In this document: in pieces, positions 1 to 10,464 of the stretch
Layout of the letters: each line of letters begins with the position of its first letter
How positions within the stretch are numbered: the stretch's first letter is position 1
Source: a bacterium
Lineage (GTDB): Bacteria > UBA8248
Direction of reading: 5' to 3'
Length of the DNA stretch: 64,000 bases
Assembly: GCA_965219955.1 (NCBI GenBank)
Contig: OZ244799.1
Coordinates: 1,408,001 to 1,472,000 of the forward strand
Notes under the pieces: model-generated
The model's input: only the letters and a program-made list of their open reading frames with translations
The model's database searches: none
Told to the model about the DNA's origin: nothing
Made by a program: the position numbers and the translations under genes

Positions 1-173
1 ACGTAAAACATGAAATAGATGAAACCGGCATCGGCATTGGTGAGGGACCATTCCGCCTTCAGTATCGGGATGGCGGTCGGGTAGTTGGCGTAGACCAGCA
101 TGATGGGAAGCTGGGAGAAGCTCAAAATCCACAGGGATGCCTGACTGAGACGCGCTTTTCGGGGATTGTCCAT
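1..173 (-). CDS. MFS transporter, N-terminal part (runs off the window)
   Basis: Translated by hand from ATG at 173: MDNPRKARLSQASLWILSFSQLPIMLVYANYPTAIPILKAEWSLTNADAGFIYFMFY. The hydrophobic helix plus 'P.L..EW.L....AG' is typical of MFS TM1-TM2. Confidence 0.7.
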   Translation of the reverse strand, partial: MDNPRKARLSQASLWILSFSQLPIMLVYANYPTAIPILKAEWSLTNADAGFIYFMFY

Positions 174-200
174 GGATTCTGCGATCGGTTTACTCTCTGT

Positions 201-1199
201 CTAGGCGAAATCGTTTGCCCAAATCTTCTTGAGCTCCTGCATTTCATCTCCCCTCAGCGGATCGGCGTCCGCACCGGCGAGGACTTCTGCGAGCTGTTCC
301 TCGCCCGAGAAACCCACCAGCGCGCAGGAGACCTCTTCATGCATCAGGACGAACCGCATCGCCGCCTGCGCAAGCGTGCATCCCTCGCGGACGAGAAACG
401 CGAGCTTCTTCGCGCGCGCCGCGTCCTTGTCGTATTCCGAACCGAGCGAGAGAACCGGCGGGCGATCGTCCAGAAAACCCAGCAGATTCGGCTCCGCCGT
501 CAGCGCGCCGAGCGCCAGGGCGCGAATCGCCAGCACCCCCATCCCCATCTTTGCTGCGCGCTCGATGAGCAGGCCGTAATCCACCGCGCTGAAACCCTCG
601 GGCACCGGATAGGCCGCGCTCGGGTTGAGCAGGTTGAAATACGCCTGCACCGTGTGGAACTCGCCGCTGTCGACCATCTCGGCCAGCGAGGCGGGATGCC
701 CGATGCCGGTGAACCCGAAAAAGCGCACGAGCCCGCGCTCGCGCAATCTCTTAAAGCCATCGAGCACGCCGCCTGCGCGATAGATATCGGAGAGATCGAA
801 GGCCACCTCCCCCACCGGCCAGTTCCGCTCGGGGGCCACGTAGTTGTGGATCTGGATCAGGTCGACGTGGGGTCGGCCCAGCCGCTCGAGACTCTTCTCC
901 ACCGAGGCGACAACCGCCGCTTCGGGCGCTTCACGCTCCTCGGCGGTGAGGCGGATCTTCGTCGTGAGGACGACTTCGGCCCCCAGGCGATTGAGCGCGG
1001 CGCCCAGGTTGGCTTCGGATTTCCCGCTCCCGTAGCCCATCGCCGTATCGAAGAAGTTCACGCCCCCGTCCAGCGCGCCGCGCACCGCGCGAAGCTGCGC
1101 CTCGCCGTCGTCGCCCACCATGAGGCGGCTGATGCCGCCCGTGCCGAAACCTATCCCGGACACCGGGATGCCCGTATTCCCCAGGGTGCGCCTGCGCAT
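201..1199 (-). CDS. Aldo/keto reductase
   Basis: R.LG.TG..VS.IGFG, FFDTA..YG.G.SE..LG, SL.RL....VDL.Q.H motifs. ATG at 1199 follows an AGAGGA RBS. Confidence 0.9.
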   Translation of the reverse strand: MRRRTLGNTGIPVSGIGFGTGGISRLMVGDDGEAQLRAVRGALDGGVNFFDTAMGYGSGKSEANLGAALNRLGAEVVLTTKIRLTAEEREAPEAAVVASVEKSLERLGRPHVDLIQIHNYVAPERNWPVGEVAFDLSDIYRAGGVLDGFKRLRERGLVRFFGFTGIGHPASLAEMVDSGEFHTVQAYFNLLNPSAAYPVPEGFSAVDYGLLIERAAKMGMGVLAIRALALGALTAEPNLLGFLDDRPPVLSLGSEYDKDAARAKKLAFLVREGCTLAQAAMRFVLMHEEVSCALVGFSGEEQLAEVLAGADADPLRGDEMQELKKIWANDFA

Positions 1200-1277
1200 C
1201 GTCTTCCTCTTTATAAAATTTCTCCATACGTCCGGGGCGAAGCCTACCACGAGCGGGCGAACAGGCGAAGGAGAACG

Positions 1278-1576
1278 GGGTTGTCGAAAAAGTCATGATT
1301 TCGTGATTCGGTGATGGCGCCGACTGAAGAGGGTTGAAACGATGGGACTGTAGGGGCGGTTCGCGAACCGCCCCTACGGGCGAATGCGGTTTTGTTCGTC
1401 ATTCCGGCGAAAGCCGGAATCCATTTGCGGGTGCGGGGGAATGAGCGGGGACGTTTCATTCCCCACCGATGCGCAGGAACCCTGATGAAAGGCAAAAGGC
1501 GTAAAAATGGATTCCGGCTTTCGCCGGAATGACGGCGGTGGTCAATTCCGGGCGAGGAGGACTTTTTCAACAACCT
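1278..1576. mobile_element. Composite MITE-like repeat: TIR shell holding REP-A and a REP-B doublet
   Basis: Ends GGGTTGTCGAAAAA and TTTTTCAACAACC. Contains GTAGGGGCGGTTCGCGAACCGCCCCTAC (1350-1377) and an inverted pair of GTCATTCCGGCGAAAGCCGGAATCCA (1398-1423, 1508-1533). Paralogous to 6734-7036. Confidence 0.8.
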
Positions 1577-1634
1577 CACTCGCCAGCCTCATGCGCAACT
1601 CTTACCTCGTCCCAAACAGGTCCGGCGGCGCGCC

Positions 1635-1860
1635 GTAGGGACAGGCTCCGCCGTTCTCCGACACCCCTCATCCTGAGTAGGCGCGTAAGCGCCGTATCGA
1701 AGGTCAAACGTGATTGATGAATGAGCGTTTGCTCTCGTCCTGAGCGAGCCCCTCGCCCTTCGATACGCGGCTTCGCCGCTACTCAGGGTGAGGAAGGTGG
1801 GGGGACGGCGGAGCCTGCCCCGAGCGGAGTCGAGGGGGCGGCTACTCAGGGTGAGGAAAG
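1635..1860. repeat. REP-C module (CCTCATCCTGAGTAG...CTACTCAGGGTGAGG)
   Basis: 1638-1759 is nearly identical to 53839-53960. Related copies are near 18687-18800 and 40635-40727. Confidence 0.8.
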
Positions 1861-1967
1861 AGACGTTGGCGGTTTGCGGGGATCGCAGACGGAATTTTCA
1901 CCAACGCCGGAATGCGCGCGCGGCGCATTTTGATGTAGGATGGGCGTATTCATTACATGGAGAGAAC

Positions 1968-4493
1968 GTGCACCCCCTGCATCTGCTGGCGATTGGGTAC
2001 ATAGCGGGTTTGCTGACGGGCGGGCTTTCCTTCGACTTCGAGCGGGGAGACGCGGCCTCCACCCTCACCGCCGCGCTCGTCCTGGCCTTCTCGATCCTGC
2101 TCGCCATGAGCCGCCGCATCCGGGGGAAGAGGCAGCGCGTCCTCGCGGCGCTCCTCCTGCTCCTGGGATTCGCCGCCTCTATCGCCGCCCCCGCGCTCCA
2201 TCGCGGCGCCACGCCTGCGCATCACTTGCTGCGGCACATCCCCTACGAGCGCATGAACGTCACGGGCCACCTCTCCCGGCCCGTGGAGCGAAACGACGGC
2301 GAGACGCCCAGACCGCGCATCTACCTCGACGCCGAGCGCGCCCTCATCCGCGGCGTCGAGGTTCCCATGACCGGCGTCGTGCGGATCACGCTGGCCTCGC
2401 GGCTCGAAAAGGTTCCAGAAGTCGGCGACAGGCTGCTCATCCGGCGCGTGCGTCTCAACCCTCCCGAGCGCTTCAAGAACCCAGGCGCGTTCGACTACCG
2501 GGAATTCCTGCGCCTCAGGGGCGTCCACGCCGTCGGCTACAGCTCCGTGCGCAACCTTCACGTTTTAGAGCCAAGGGAAAAATGGGGCTGGCGGCGGCTT
2601 CTGTTTCAATTCCGCGAGCGCATGAGCGCCCACATACACGCCGTCTACCCCGACCGCGCCGCCGGTTTGATCGAAGCGATGACCATCGGCCTGCGCGAGG
2701 GGCTCGACCTTGATCTCAAAGACGCCTTCAGGAGATCGGGGGCTGCGCACCTGCTCGCCATCAGCGGCCTGCACGTGGGCTTCATCGCCGCCTTTTTCTT
2801 CTTCTTTCTCCAGGGTCTTCTCCGCAGGTTCCCGCCCCGGGTTTTTCCCCTGCGCCCGTTCGTGCTCACGCCGTCCAAACTCGCATCGCTCGGCGTCATC
2901 CCCCTCGTGATCCTCTTTGCGCTTCTGAGCGGGGCGCGGATTTCCACCGTGCGCGCCACGATCATGATCGTCGCCTACCTCCTCACCCGGCTCCTGGAGC
3001 GGCCGGGAAGCGCGATCCATTCCGTCCTGCTTGCCGCCCTGATCATCCTGCTGGCGGAGCCCGGCTTCATCTGGGACGTGGGCTTCCAGCTCTCCTTCGT
3101 GGCGGTGAGCGCCATTATCCTGGCGGCGGACAGGCTCCCGCGGCCCGAGGCGCGCCTGAGAATCTGGGAGAAAGCGTGGTGGCTGGCGCGGGCGCATCAA
3201 CTCGCCATCATCCAGCTGGTCGTCACCGCGGCGATCACGCCGCTCACGGCGCTGCATTTCCATCAGGCGCACCCCATCGGCCTGGTTGTGAATTTTCTGC
3301 TCATTCCGGTCGCCTCGCTGCTCGTGCCCCTCTCCTTCGTAACGAGCGCCCTCGCTGTGGTCTTGCCGGCGGCCGGAGCCGCGCTCCTGCTTCCCGCCAC
3401 GTGGCTCACCGGCGCCCTCGCTGGGTTCATGATCTTCGTATCGACTTATTCCTCCGAAATCCCCTGGGCCAGCATCGTCGCGCCGAGTCCCCAGGTCTGG
3501 CTCATCGCCTCGGTCTACGCCCTCATGGCTTTCGCACTGCGCTCAAGACGGGCGCGGAGGCGGCGTTTCGCCTGGGCGGGCGTGTGCGGCCTGACGGTCT
3601 TCCTGCTCCTCCCCGACGCCGGCGCACGGCCCGTGATTCCAAAGCGCACCACGCTGCTCCTGCCCGACGCCGGGAGCTTGGACGCCTTTTTCCTGCGCCT
3701 GCCGGACGGAAAGGGCCTGGCGGTCGACGCTTCCGGCAAACGGGCGGGCGGCTTCAACGCCTGGGGCAACGTGCTCGCTCCCCTGATGCGCCGGGAGAAT
3801 GAGTTGAGCTGGCACGCGATGCTCAGCCTCTCCAGGTATCCCAAAGACCGGCTCGCCGCGAACGCGTTCGCCACAGGCATACGGGTCGATAACTTGCTTC
3901 GCATCAGCGACCTCGGCGCTTCCGCGCCATATCGTTCCCGCATCAGGAGGCGGCGGCGTTCTCCCCGCACCGTCTGGCGGATGAGCGGAGGCGGAGCGCG
4001 GGTTTCCCTGCGTTCCTGGAGAGGAGGCGCGACGGGATTCGAGGTCGAAAGCCCCCGCTCCCGCTGGCTGCTCATGCTGCCCTCGAAATATCCGGCTTTC
4101 GACGCCAGGTGGTTTCGGGGCAAGAGATACGACCTCGTGCGCCTGCCCGAGGGCCTGCTCAGAAAACGGGAAGTGCTCGACTGGCTCGAAGCGCGTCCGC
4201 CCCGCGCCGTCGTGGCCACTCCCCAAAGGGTGAAATGGATGCGGACCGACCTGTGGCGGGAAACGAGGAGACGGCAGAGAAGACTGGGAGTCTACCGCCC
4301 CTGGCGCGGCGGGATGCTCCGCGTCCAGGCAGGCGGCGAAGGTGATGCGGCGCGCATTTCCGTCGAGCGATACCGCGCGGCCGAAGCCTGGCCGGGGAGC
4401 GATGCTGCGCGGTGGACCGCGTTCCGCAGGAGCCTCGTCCCTGAATTTTCAAGCCGTGAAAAGAGGAAACGCAGAACCGCTTACGACCGGTGA
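1968..4493 (+). CDS. comEC: ComEC/Rec2 family competence protein
   Basis: NPG.FDY..L motif, competence domain 'F..SG.AHLLAISGLHVG' and 'D.GFQLSF.AV'. GTG start at 1968 after GGAGAG; the upstream part of the listed ORF is repeat sequence. Confidence 0.9.
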   Translation: MHPLHLLAIGYIAGLLTGGLSFDFERGDAASTLTAALVLAFSILLAMSRRIRGKRQRVLAALLLLLGFAASIAAPALHRGATPAHHLLRHIPYERMNVTGHLSRPVERNDGETPRPRIYLDAERALIRGVEVPMTGVVRITLASRLEKVPEVGDRLLIRRVRLNPPERFKNPGAFDYREFLRLRGVHAVGYSSVRNLHVLEPREKWGWRRLLFQFRERMSAHIHAVYPDRAAGLIEAMTIGLREGLDLDLKDAFRRSGAAHLLAISGLHVGFIAAFFFFFLQGLLRRFPPRVFPLRPFVLTPSKLASLGVIPLVILFALLSGARISTVRATIMIVAYLLTRLLERPGSAIHSVLLAALIILLAEPGFIWDVGFQLSFVAVSAIILAADRLPRPEARLRIWEKAWWLARAHQLAIIQLVVTAAITPLTALHFHQAHPIGLVVNFLLIPVASLLVPLSFVTSALAVVLPAAGAALLLPATWLTGALAGFMIFVSTYSSEIPWASIVAPSPQVWLIASVYALMAFALRSRRARRRRFAWAGVCGLTVFLLLPDAGARPVIPKRTTLLLPDAGSLDAFFLRLPDGKGLAVDASGKRAGGFNAWGNVLAPLMRRENELSWHAMLSLSRYPKDRLAANAFATGIRVDNLLRISDLGASAPYRSRIRRRRRSPRTVWRMSGGGARVSLRSWRGGATGFEVESPRSRWLLMLPSKYPAFDARWFRGKRYDLVRLPEGLLRKREVLDWLEARPPRAVVATPQRVKWMRTDLWRETRRRQRRLGVYRPWRGGMLRVQAGGEGDAARISVERYRAAEAWPGSDAARWTAFRRSLVPEFSSREKRKRRTAYDR

Positions 4494-4514
4494 GACGAAC
4501 AGGGAGCGGGAAAG

Positions 4515-4720
4515 GGGTTGTTGAAAAAGGCTGTTTCGGGGTCGGCGGCATGGAGGTTCACGCGGCGCAGGAGCGATGGTTTTGTAGGGACAGGCCTCCG
4601 TGCCTGTCCTGACGAAAGGCAACCACGGAGGGCAGGACAGGCACGGAGGCCTGTCCCTACGGTGAACAATTCGATAATAGGGATTCCCTCCCTCCTCATG
4701 GGGACTTTCTCAACAATCCC
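4515..4720. mobile_element. Composite MITE-like repeat: TIR shell holding a REP-D doublet
   Basis: Ends GGGTTGTTGAAAAA and TTTCTCAACAATCCC. Internal GTAGGGACAGGCCTCCGTGCCTGTCC...GGACAGGCACGGAGGCCTGTCCCTAC. Paralogous to 42992-43132. Confidence 0.8.
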
Positions 4721-4735
4721 GCAAAAAACCTCGAA

Positions 4736-6463
4736 TCAGTCGCCCGCATCGGGCGGCGGCGCGGTGGCGGCCCCGCCCCGGAAGGATTTCACCGTCCGCG
4801 TCCACCGGGAGGAGAGCACGTCGCGATCTATAGGGCAGTCGATGACGTGAACGCCGCCCCCCGACTGCGCATCGCGAATGGCGCTCCCCAACGCCTCCGC
4901 CGATCCCACGCGATGGCCATGCGCGCCGAAAGCGCGCGCGAGATCCGGGAAATCGGGGTTGTTGAGCGAGGTGGCGATGTAGCGCTCATTGAACACGTGC
5001 TTTTGCGAGTGTCTGAGCGCGTTGTATTCCCCGTCGTTGAAAATAAGATAGGTGACGGACAAACCGAGCGCCGTCGCCGTGGCGAGTTCACCGCAGGTCA
5101 TGGTGAAGCTGCCGTCTCCCACGATCGCGCACACCGGCCGCTCGGGCGCTCCGAGCTTCGCCCCGATAGCCGCGCCTATGGCGTAGCCCATCGACTGGTA
5201 GGCTTCCGAGAGCAGGATGCTCCGGGGGCGGTGAATCGTAAACGCCTGCTCCATGAGCCAGCTCTGGGTGGCGGAGGAATCGGAGATGAAAATCGTATCG
5301 GGCGAGGTGTTCTCGCGCAGCGTCTTCATCACGAAAAGACCATGAAACGGCGGCTCGGCGGGTTCCGCCAAAAACGAGCGCAGCCTCTCCTCATAGCGCC
5401 GCTTTCCCTCGCGCACGCGGACGTGACCTTCGGTGAGGGCGACGTCCTCCGCGTCTGCGATTCGCCTGAGCAGGCCCTCGAGCGCGGGCTTGAGATCACC
5501 CACCAGGCCCAGCGATGCCGGGTAATTCCGCCCGATGCGCTCGGGGTCGATGTCGATTTGAACGAGGTTCTTCGGCATCGGCGCCTTGAAGTAAAAGGTG
5601 GCGAACTGCCCGAAGCCCGTCCCTAAGGCCAGACACGAATCCGCCTCTTCGAGCATCTCCTCACAGCCCAGGAAGTGCACGAGGCCGAAGGAGAGCGGGT
5701 CGGCTTCCGAGAGAATCCCCCTCCCCTTCACGGAGGTGACGACGGGCGCGCCGAGCCTGGAAGCGAGAAACTGCACCTCCCTCTCGCAGCGGGCGGTCAC
5801 AACGCCGTTTCCCGCATAGATCACCGGGCGTTTGGCGGCCAGGAGCGATTCTGCGATCTCATCGAGCGCACGCTCGTCGACGGGGGGTGCTGCCGGCGGC
5901 CCCTCGAATTCGGGCCCTGCGATCACCCGCTCCTCTTCGGCCTGAAACAGGTCCGCCTTCATCACCACCTGGACAGGCCCCGGCCTTCCCGCCGCCGCCC
6001 AGCGGAACGCCGCCTCCACGGCGGGCGCTATGCCTGCGACCGAATCGGGCGTGAACGATTTTTTGACGCAAGCACCGAGCGCCTTTTCCATGTCCACGTC
6101 GTGGATGGCGCTCCTGTTCCGCATGTTGTCGGCGAGGGTGGCCGTCACCGCGACGACGGGAACGGCATCCTCATAAGCGGAACGAAGCGCGGTGGCGAGG
6201 TTCGTCCCGCCCGGCCCCGGCACGGTGAAGACCACGCCCGTCTCCCCGGACACCTTGGCGTAGCCGTCCGCCGCGAAGCCCGCGCCCTGCTCGTGGCGCG
6301 TGACGATGGGCACAGCGCCCGCGCCGTCGATCATCGCGTCGTAGACCGGCAGCGTGAGCGTGCCCGGAATGCCGAAAATGTATTCCGCGCCGTTTTCCTT
6401 GAGCGCATCGAGCAGGACCTGCGATCCGTTTCGCGCCACCTGAAACTCCTCCGGTTTCCTCAT
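4736..6463 (-). CDS. Thiamine pyrophosphate-binding enzyme (acetolactate synthase large-subunit superfamily)
   Basis: IFGIPG, RHEQGAGFAADGYA, GPG.TN, GRPGPV and the GDG...N ThDP motif. No small subunit is adjacent, so it is probably catabolic. Confidence 0.88.
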   Translation of the reverse strand: MRKPEEFQVARNGSQVLLDALKENGAEYIFGIPGTLTLPVYDAMIDGAGAVPIVTRHEQGAGFAADGYAKVSGETGVVFTVPGPGGTNLATALRSAYEDAVPVVAVTATLADNMRNRSAIHDVDMEKALGACVKKSFTPDSVAGIAPAVEAAFRWAAAGRPGPVQVVMKADLFQAEEERVIAGPEFEGPPAAPPVDERALDEIAESLLAAKRPVIYAGNGVVTARCEREVQFLASRLGAPVVTSVKGRGILSEADPLSFGLVHFLGCEEMLEEADSCLALGTGFGQFATFYFKAPMPKNLVQIDIDPERIGRNYPASLGLVGDLKPALEGLLRRIADAEDVALTEGHVRVREGKRRYEERLRSFLAEPAEPPFHGLFVMKTLRENTSPDTIFISDSSATQSWLMEQAFTIHRPRSILLSEAYQSMGYAIGAAIGAKLGAPERPVCAIVGDGSFTMTCGELATATALGLSVTYLIFNDGEYNALRHSQKHVFNERYIATSLNNPDFPDLARAFGAHGHRVGSAEALGSAIRDAQSGGGVHVIDCPIDRDVLSSRWTRTVKSFRGGAATAPPPDAGD

Positions 6464-6715
6464 AGAAACAAAGCCCGCCAAAGCTAGGCGGCATCCGCGC
6501 GCGTGTCAACTTCCATCCCCGTTTGCGCGCGCGGGGGGGATGGACTACCTTCTCGACTGATTCATACGGGCGCGCATGGCGGGAGGCGGCGTCAGAAGCA
6601 GCCGGGGTTCGTTGCGAACAAACCCGACTGTGCGGGGGTTGTTCAAAAGCCCTCTTTGGGGGGTCGAGTTTCTCCGCCTCGGAAAACCCGGCGGCAAGAC
6701 GAGCAAAAGCGAGAT

Positions 6716-7053
6716 TCACTCTTTCATTGAGGGAGCTGTTGAAAAAGCCCTGACTTCGTGATTCGGCGTATGAAACCGGCCGGGGAGGGAGGGTTTGACA
6801 CGATGGGATTGTAGGGGCGGTTCGCGAACCGCCCCTACGGGCGAATGCGGTTTTGATCGTCATTCCGGCGAAAGCCGGAATCCATTTGCGGATGCGGGTG
6901 CATGAACGACGGCGTTTCATTCCCCGCCGATGCGCAAGAACCCTGACGAAAGGCAAAAAGCATAAAATGGATTCCGGCTTTCGCCGGAATGACGGGGATG
7001 GCCAATTCCGAGCGAGGAGGGGTTTTTCAACAACCCTCCCAAGGGGGGAGTGA
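6716..7053. mobile_element. Composite repeat: TIR shell (REP-A plus REP-B doublet) between the arms of REP-E
   Basis: TCACTCTTTCATTGAGGGAG|CTGTTGAAAAA...TTTTTCAACAA|CCCTCCCAAGGGGGGAGTGA. The interior matches 1278-1576. Confidence 0.8.
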
Positions 7054-7096
7054 TGCCGTCTCGCAGCCGGGCGGCGGGCGCAGAACGGAGAAAGCG

Positions 7097-7846
7097 ATGT
7101 TCAGCCAACGGGCGGTAGACGCTCTCAAAGACGCGGAATCGGTGGCCGTCCTGACCGGGGCGGGCGTGAGTGCGGAGAGCGGCGTGCCCACCTTCCGGGG
7201 CGCGGGCGGTCTCTGGCGCGAGTACAGCGCCACCTCGCTGGCCACGCCCGAGGCCTTTCGCGCCGATCCCAGGCTCGTCTGGGAGTTTTACAACTACCGC
7301 CGCGAGGTGCTCGACCCCCTGACGCCCAACGCGGGCCACTACGCCATCGCCTCGCTGGAGGAGCGCTTCGCGCGCTTCGCACTCATCACGCAGAACATCG
7401 ACAACTTGCACCGCGTCGCCGGGACGCGCGAGATCGTGGAGTTGCACGGCAACATCTGGCGCGTCCGCTGCACGAACCTGGGCTGTGAGCGCTACACGCT
7501 CGCGTGGGAGAACCGGGACGTGCCGATCGACCCCCTGCCCCCGAAGTGCGAGGCGTGCGAGAGCCTCCTGCGCCCCCACGTGGTGTGGTTCGGTGAGATG
7601 CTCGACCCCGAGCAGTTGCGCCGGGCGCTCGTTGCGGTGGATGATTGCGATTACCTGATCGTGGCGGGCACGTCCGCCGCGGTGCAGCCGGCCGCCTCGA
7701 TGCCCATGACGGCCTCAAGGGGCGGCGCGTTCGTGCTCGAGGTGAACCCCGAGCCGACGGACATCAGCCCGTACATGAGCGAGGCGGTGCAGGAGCCCTC
7801 GGGCGTCGCCCTGCCCCGCCTGTTCGAAGCGGCCTTTGGAGGATAG
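7097..7846 (+). CDS. cobB: NAD-dependent protein deacylase (Sir2 family)
   Basis: TGAGVSAESGVPTFRG, TQNID.LH, LHGN, zinc-binding Cys pairs, RP.VVWFGE, GTS..VQPAA. Confidence 0.93.
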   Translation: MFSQRAVDALKDAESVAVLTGAGVSAESGVPTFRGAGGLWREYSATSLATPEAFRADPRLVWEFYNYRREVLDPLTPNAGHYAIASLEERFARFALITQNIDNLHRVAGTREIVELHGNIWRVRCTNLGCERYTLAWENRDVPIDPLPPKCEACESLLRPHVVWFGEMLDPEQLRRALVAVDDCDYLIVAGTSAAVQPAASMPMTASRGGAFVLEVNPEPTDISPYMSEAVQEPSGVALPRLFEAAFGG

Positions 7847-7848
7847 TG

Positions 7849-9111
7849 ATGGCGCGGCCCAGACTCACGGCGGTGCGCGGCGTGAAAGACGTCCTGCCCG
7901 AAGAATCTTCGAGGTGGCAGGGAGCCGAACAACTGGCGCGGGAGATTTTCGCGCGCTACGGCTACGGGGAGATAAGAGTGCCCGTGTTCGAGCGCACGGA
8001 GCTCTTCGCGCGCGGCATCGGCGAGGAGACCGACATCGTCTCCAAGGAGATGTACACCTTCGAAGACAAAGGGGGCGACTCCATCACGCTGCGCCCCGAG
8101 GCGACCGCCTCGATCTGCCGCGCCTACGTCCAAAACGGACTCCACAACCGCGCGAGCGTCTCGAAGCTCTTCTGCATCGGCCCCATGTTCCGCTACGAGC
8201 GTCCCCAGGCGGGCCGCCTGCGGCAGTTCCACCAGATAGACGCGGAAGTGTTCGGCTCGGTGGACCCGGCGGTCGACGCCGAACTCATCGTGATGCTCAT
8301 GGAATTTCTCGATAAAATGGGCGTCGAGGGCCTGGCGCTCCAGATCAACAACCTGGGCGATGCGGAATGCCGCCCGGCCTACGCCGCCGCCCTCCAGGAG
8401 TATCTCAGGGCAGAAACGAAGCACCTGGGCGCCGAAGTCGCCGAACGGGTCGAGCGCAACCCGCTGCGCTTTCTGGACAGCAAGAACCCGGACCACCAGG
8501 AGATCATCGCGCGCGCGCCGAGGATAGACGCGTTCTGGAACGATGACTGCCGGGAGCATCTGGAGAGCGTATGCCGGCTCATCGAGAGCGCGGGCGTCGC
8601 GTATGAGATCAACCCGAGGCTCGTCCGCGGCCTCGACTACTACTGCCTCACCGTCTTCGAGGTGACGAGCGAGAGCCTCGGAGCGCAGAACGCGGTGTGC
8701 GGCGGAGGGCGCTACGACGGCCTCATGGAGGAGCTGGGCGGCCCCAAGACGCCGGGTATCGGCTTCGCGGTCGGGGTGGAGCGTCTCCTGCAGCTGGCGG
8801 GCGAAAAGGCCCCGGCCCGGAATGAGGAGATCCAAGCCTACATCGTCGCACTCGGTGACGCCGCACAGGCCGAAGTCTTTGGACTCGCCGCCGAACTGCG
8901 CGCGGGGGGCATTCGGACCGAACGCTCCTTCGGCGGGGGCAGCATGAAAAGCCAGATGAAGCGCGCCGATCGCTCGGGTGCGGCGTTCGTGCTCCTGCTG
9001 GGCGACGACGAGGCCGCCAAAGGAGTGGTGAGCGTCCGCCACATGAAGGAGAGCCGCCAGACCGAGGTGAAACGAGAGGAAGTGTCCGGTTATATAAAAG
9101 ATAATTTATAG
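7849..9111 (+). CDS. hisS: Histidine--tRNA ligase
   Basis: LRPEATA, GPMFRYERPQAGR.RQFHQ, LVRGLDYY, GGGRYDGL, GFA.G.ER and a C-terminal anticodon domain. Confidence 0.97.
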   Translation: MARPRLTAVRGVKDVLPEESSRWQGAEQLAREIFARYGYGEIRVPVFERTELFARGIGEETDIVSKEMYTFEDKGGDSITLRPEATASICRAYVQNGLHNRASVSKLFCIGPMFRYERPQAGRLRQFHQIDAEVFGSVDPAVDAELIVMLMEFLDKMGVEGLALQINNLGDAECRPAYAAALQEYLRAETKHLGAEVAERVERNPLRFLDSKNPDHQEIIARAPRIDAFWNDDCREHLESVCRLIESAGVAYEINPRLVRGLDYYCLTVFEVTSESLGAQNAVCGGGRYDGLMEELGGPKTPGIGFAVGVERLLQLAGEKAPARNEEIQAYIVALGDAAQAEVFGLAAELRAGGIRTERSFGGGSMKSQMKRADRSGAAFVLLLGDDEAAKGVVSVRHMKESRQTEVKREEVSGYIKDNL

Positions 9112-9152
9112 TTTAACAACAAATGCTTACCGGTTATTATTAAAGTTGATTC

Positions 9153-10088
9153 TTAATTATTGCAGAGCCATTCATACACGCTGATGACCCCCATTTCGCT
9201 GAAACCCAGATCCTGATAAAACGCGCGCACATCCTGATCTTCGGCGGAGACGATGAGTTCGAGCGCCTCCGCGCCGCACGCCAGCGCCCTCCGGGCGGAC
9301 GCCTGAATCAGCAGGCGGCCCAGGCCGCGTCTCCGGTGAGCGGGCATGATGCCGATGTCGGGGATGTAGACGGCTTTATCACCCGCAGCCAACCGGTTCG
9401 GGTCGACGGCCAGTATCGCCATCCCCGCCCCCTCGGGGTCTCCCGACTCGCCGCCCAGGTATTCGAAGATGAACGAATTTTCCGGGCGCGTATCCGGCGC
9501 GTCGTACCAGGCGGTGATCGTCTCGGCGGTATGCGGCGTGAAGTTCCACATGTCCGGGAAAATCCCGTTGAAAAGATCGGCGAGGTATCGCGCATCGCCG
9601 GGCAGGGCCGCCGCGCGAAGCCGGTAGCCCGCCGGCAGGCGCGGTTCTCCCAACTCCGTGAGCGCGTCATGCTTCAGGAAGCGGAGGTCGCGCACTTTCC
9701 GCCCGCCGCTCAGATAGATGAAACGCCCCGGAAGCGAGACGGGCAGATACGCCCAGATGCCGCCCAGGCCGTTTTCCCGCGCTTCGGCGAGGGCCGCCTC
9801 CAGGAGATGCCGGGCGTAGCCCGCCTTTCTGGCGTCGGGCCGAACGAAAAGGGCGTCGATGCAGGCCCTGTTCCTCGCTCTCGCCTCCCGGTTCACCACC
9901 ATGCGGCAATAGCCCGCCGGGGTCTCGCCGCCGCCCTCTTCCGGCCAAACCACCCAGACCTTCGTGCCCGGCGCGCCGAAACCGGCATCCACCTCCTCGC
10001 GCGAAAGCCCGAAAGCCTCCGCCGCCAGGGCGGTCAACGCATGGCGGTGCTCCGGCCCGATGCGCTCCACCCTAGCCGCGGTGGACAT
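9153..10088 (-). CDS. Tandem GNAT acetyltransferase (two GNAT domains)
   Basis: Two acetyl-CoA motifs: V.P.ARKAGYA and I.P.HRRRGLG...FY..LGF. Confidence 0.8.
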   Translation of the reverse strand: MSTAARVERIGPEHRHALTALAAEAFGLSREEVDAGFGAPGTKVWVVWPEEGGGETPAGYCRMVVNREARARNRACIDALFVRPDARKAGYARHLLEAALAEARENGLGGIWAYLPVSLPGRFIYLSGGRKVRDLRFLKHDALTELGEPRLPAGYRLRAAALPGDARYLADLFNGIFPDMWNFTPHTAETITAWYDAPDTRPENSFIFEYLGGESGDPEGAGMAILAVDPNRLAAGDKAVYIPDIGIMPAHRRRGLGRLLIQASARRALACGAEALELIVSAEDQDVRAFYQDLGFSEMGVISVYEWLCNN

Positions 10089-10464
10089 GCACCCTGCCCT
10101 CTTCGATCATCTTTTCGAACTTCCGCATCAGCCAGCCGCGCACCACGGCCCGCACGGCGGGGACCATCAGGGCGAAACCGGCGGCGTCCGTCAGGAGGCC
10201 GGGCGTCAGGAGCAGCACGCCGCCCACGAGCACCATCGCGCCCTCGACCATCTCGGCCCCGGGAAGCCTCCCCTCCGCCATTTCCGCCTGGATGCGCGAT
10301 ACCACGTAAAACCCCTGGGTCCTCGCCGCCCATGCGCCGAGCGCGCCGGTGAGAATCACGACTCCCAGCGTCGGCGCCAGGCCGATGGAGGTTCCCAGAT
10401 CGATGAGGATCATCAACTCGATGATGGGGATGAGCGTGAAGAGCAAAAACAGTTTGAAGATCAA
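10072..10464 (-). CDS. fxsA: FxsA family membrane protein
   Basis: P..EL..LI, TG..G...AR.QG and GG.LLLTPG..TD..GF signature. Confidence 0.9.
   Translation of the reverse strand: MIFKLFLLFTLIPIIELMILIDLGTSIGLAPTLGVVILTGALGAWAARTQGFYVVSRIQAEMAEGRLPGAEMVEGAMVLVGGVLLLTPGLLTDAAGFALMVPAVRAVVRGWLMRKFEKMIEEGRVHVHRG

Noticed and set aside
9095-9165. AT-rich patch between hisS and the GNAT gene
   Set aside because: It is a short gap between convergent genes with no clear hairpin or repeat match.
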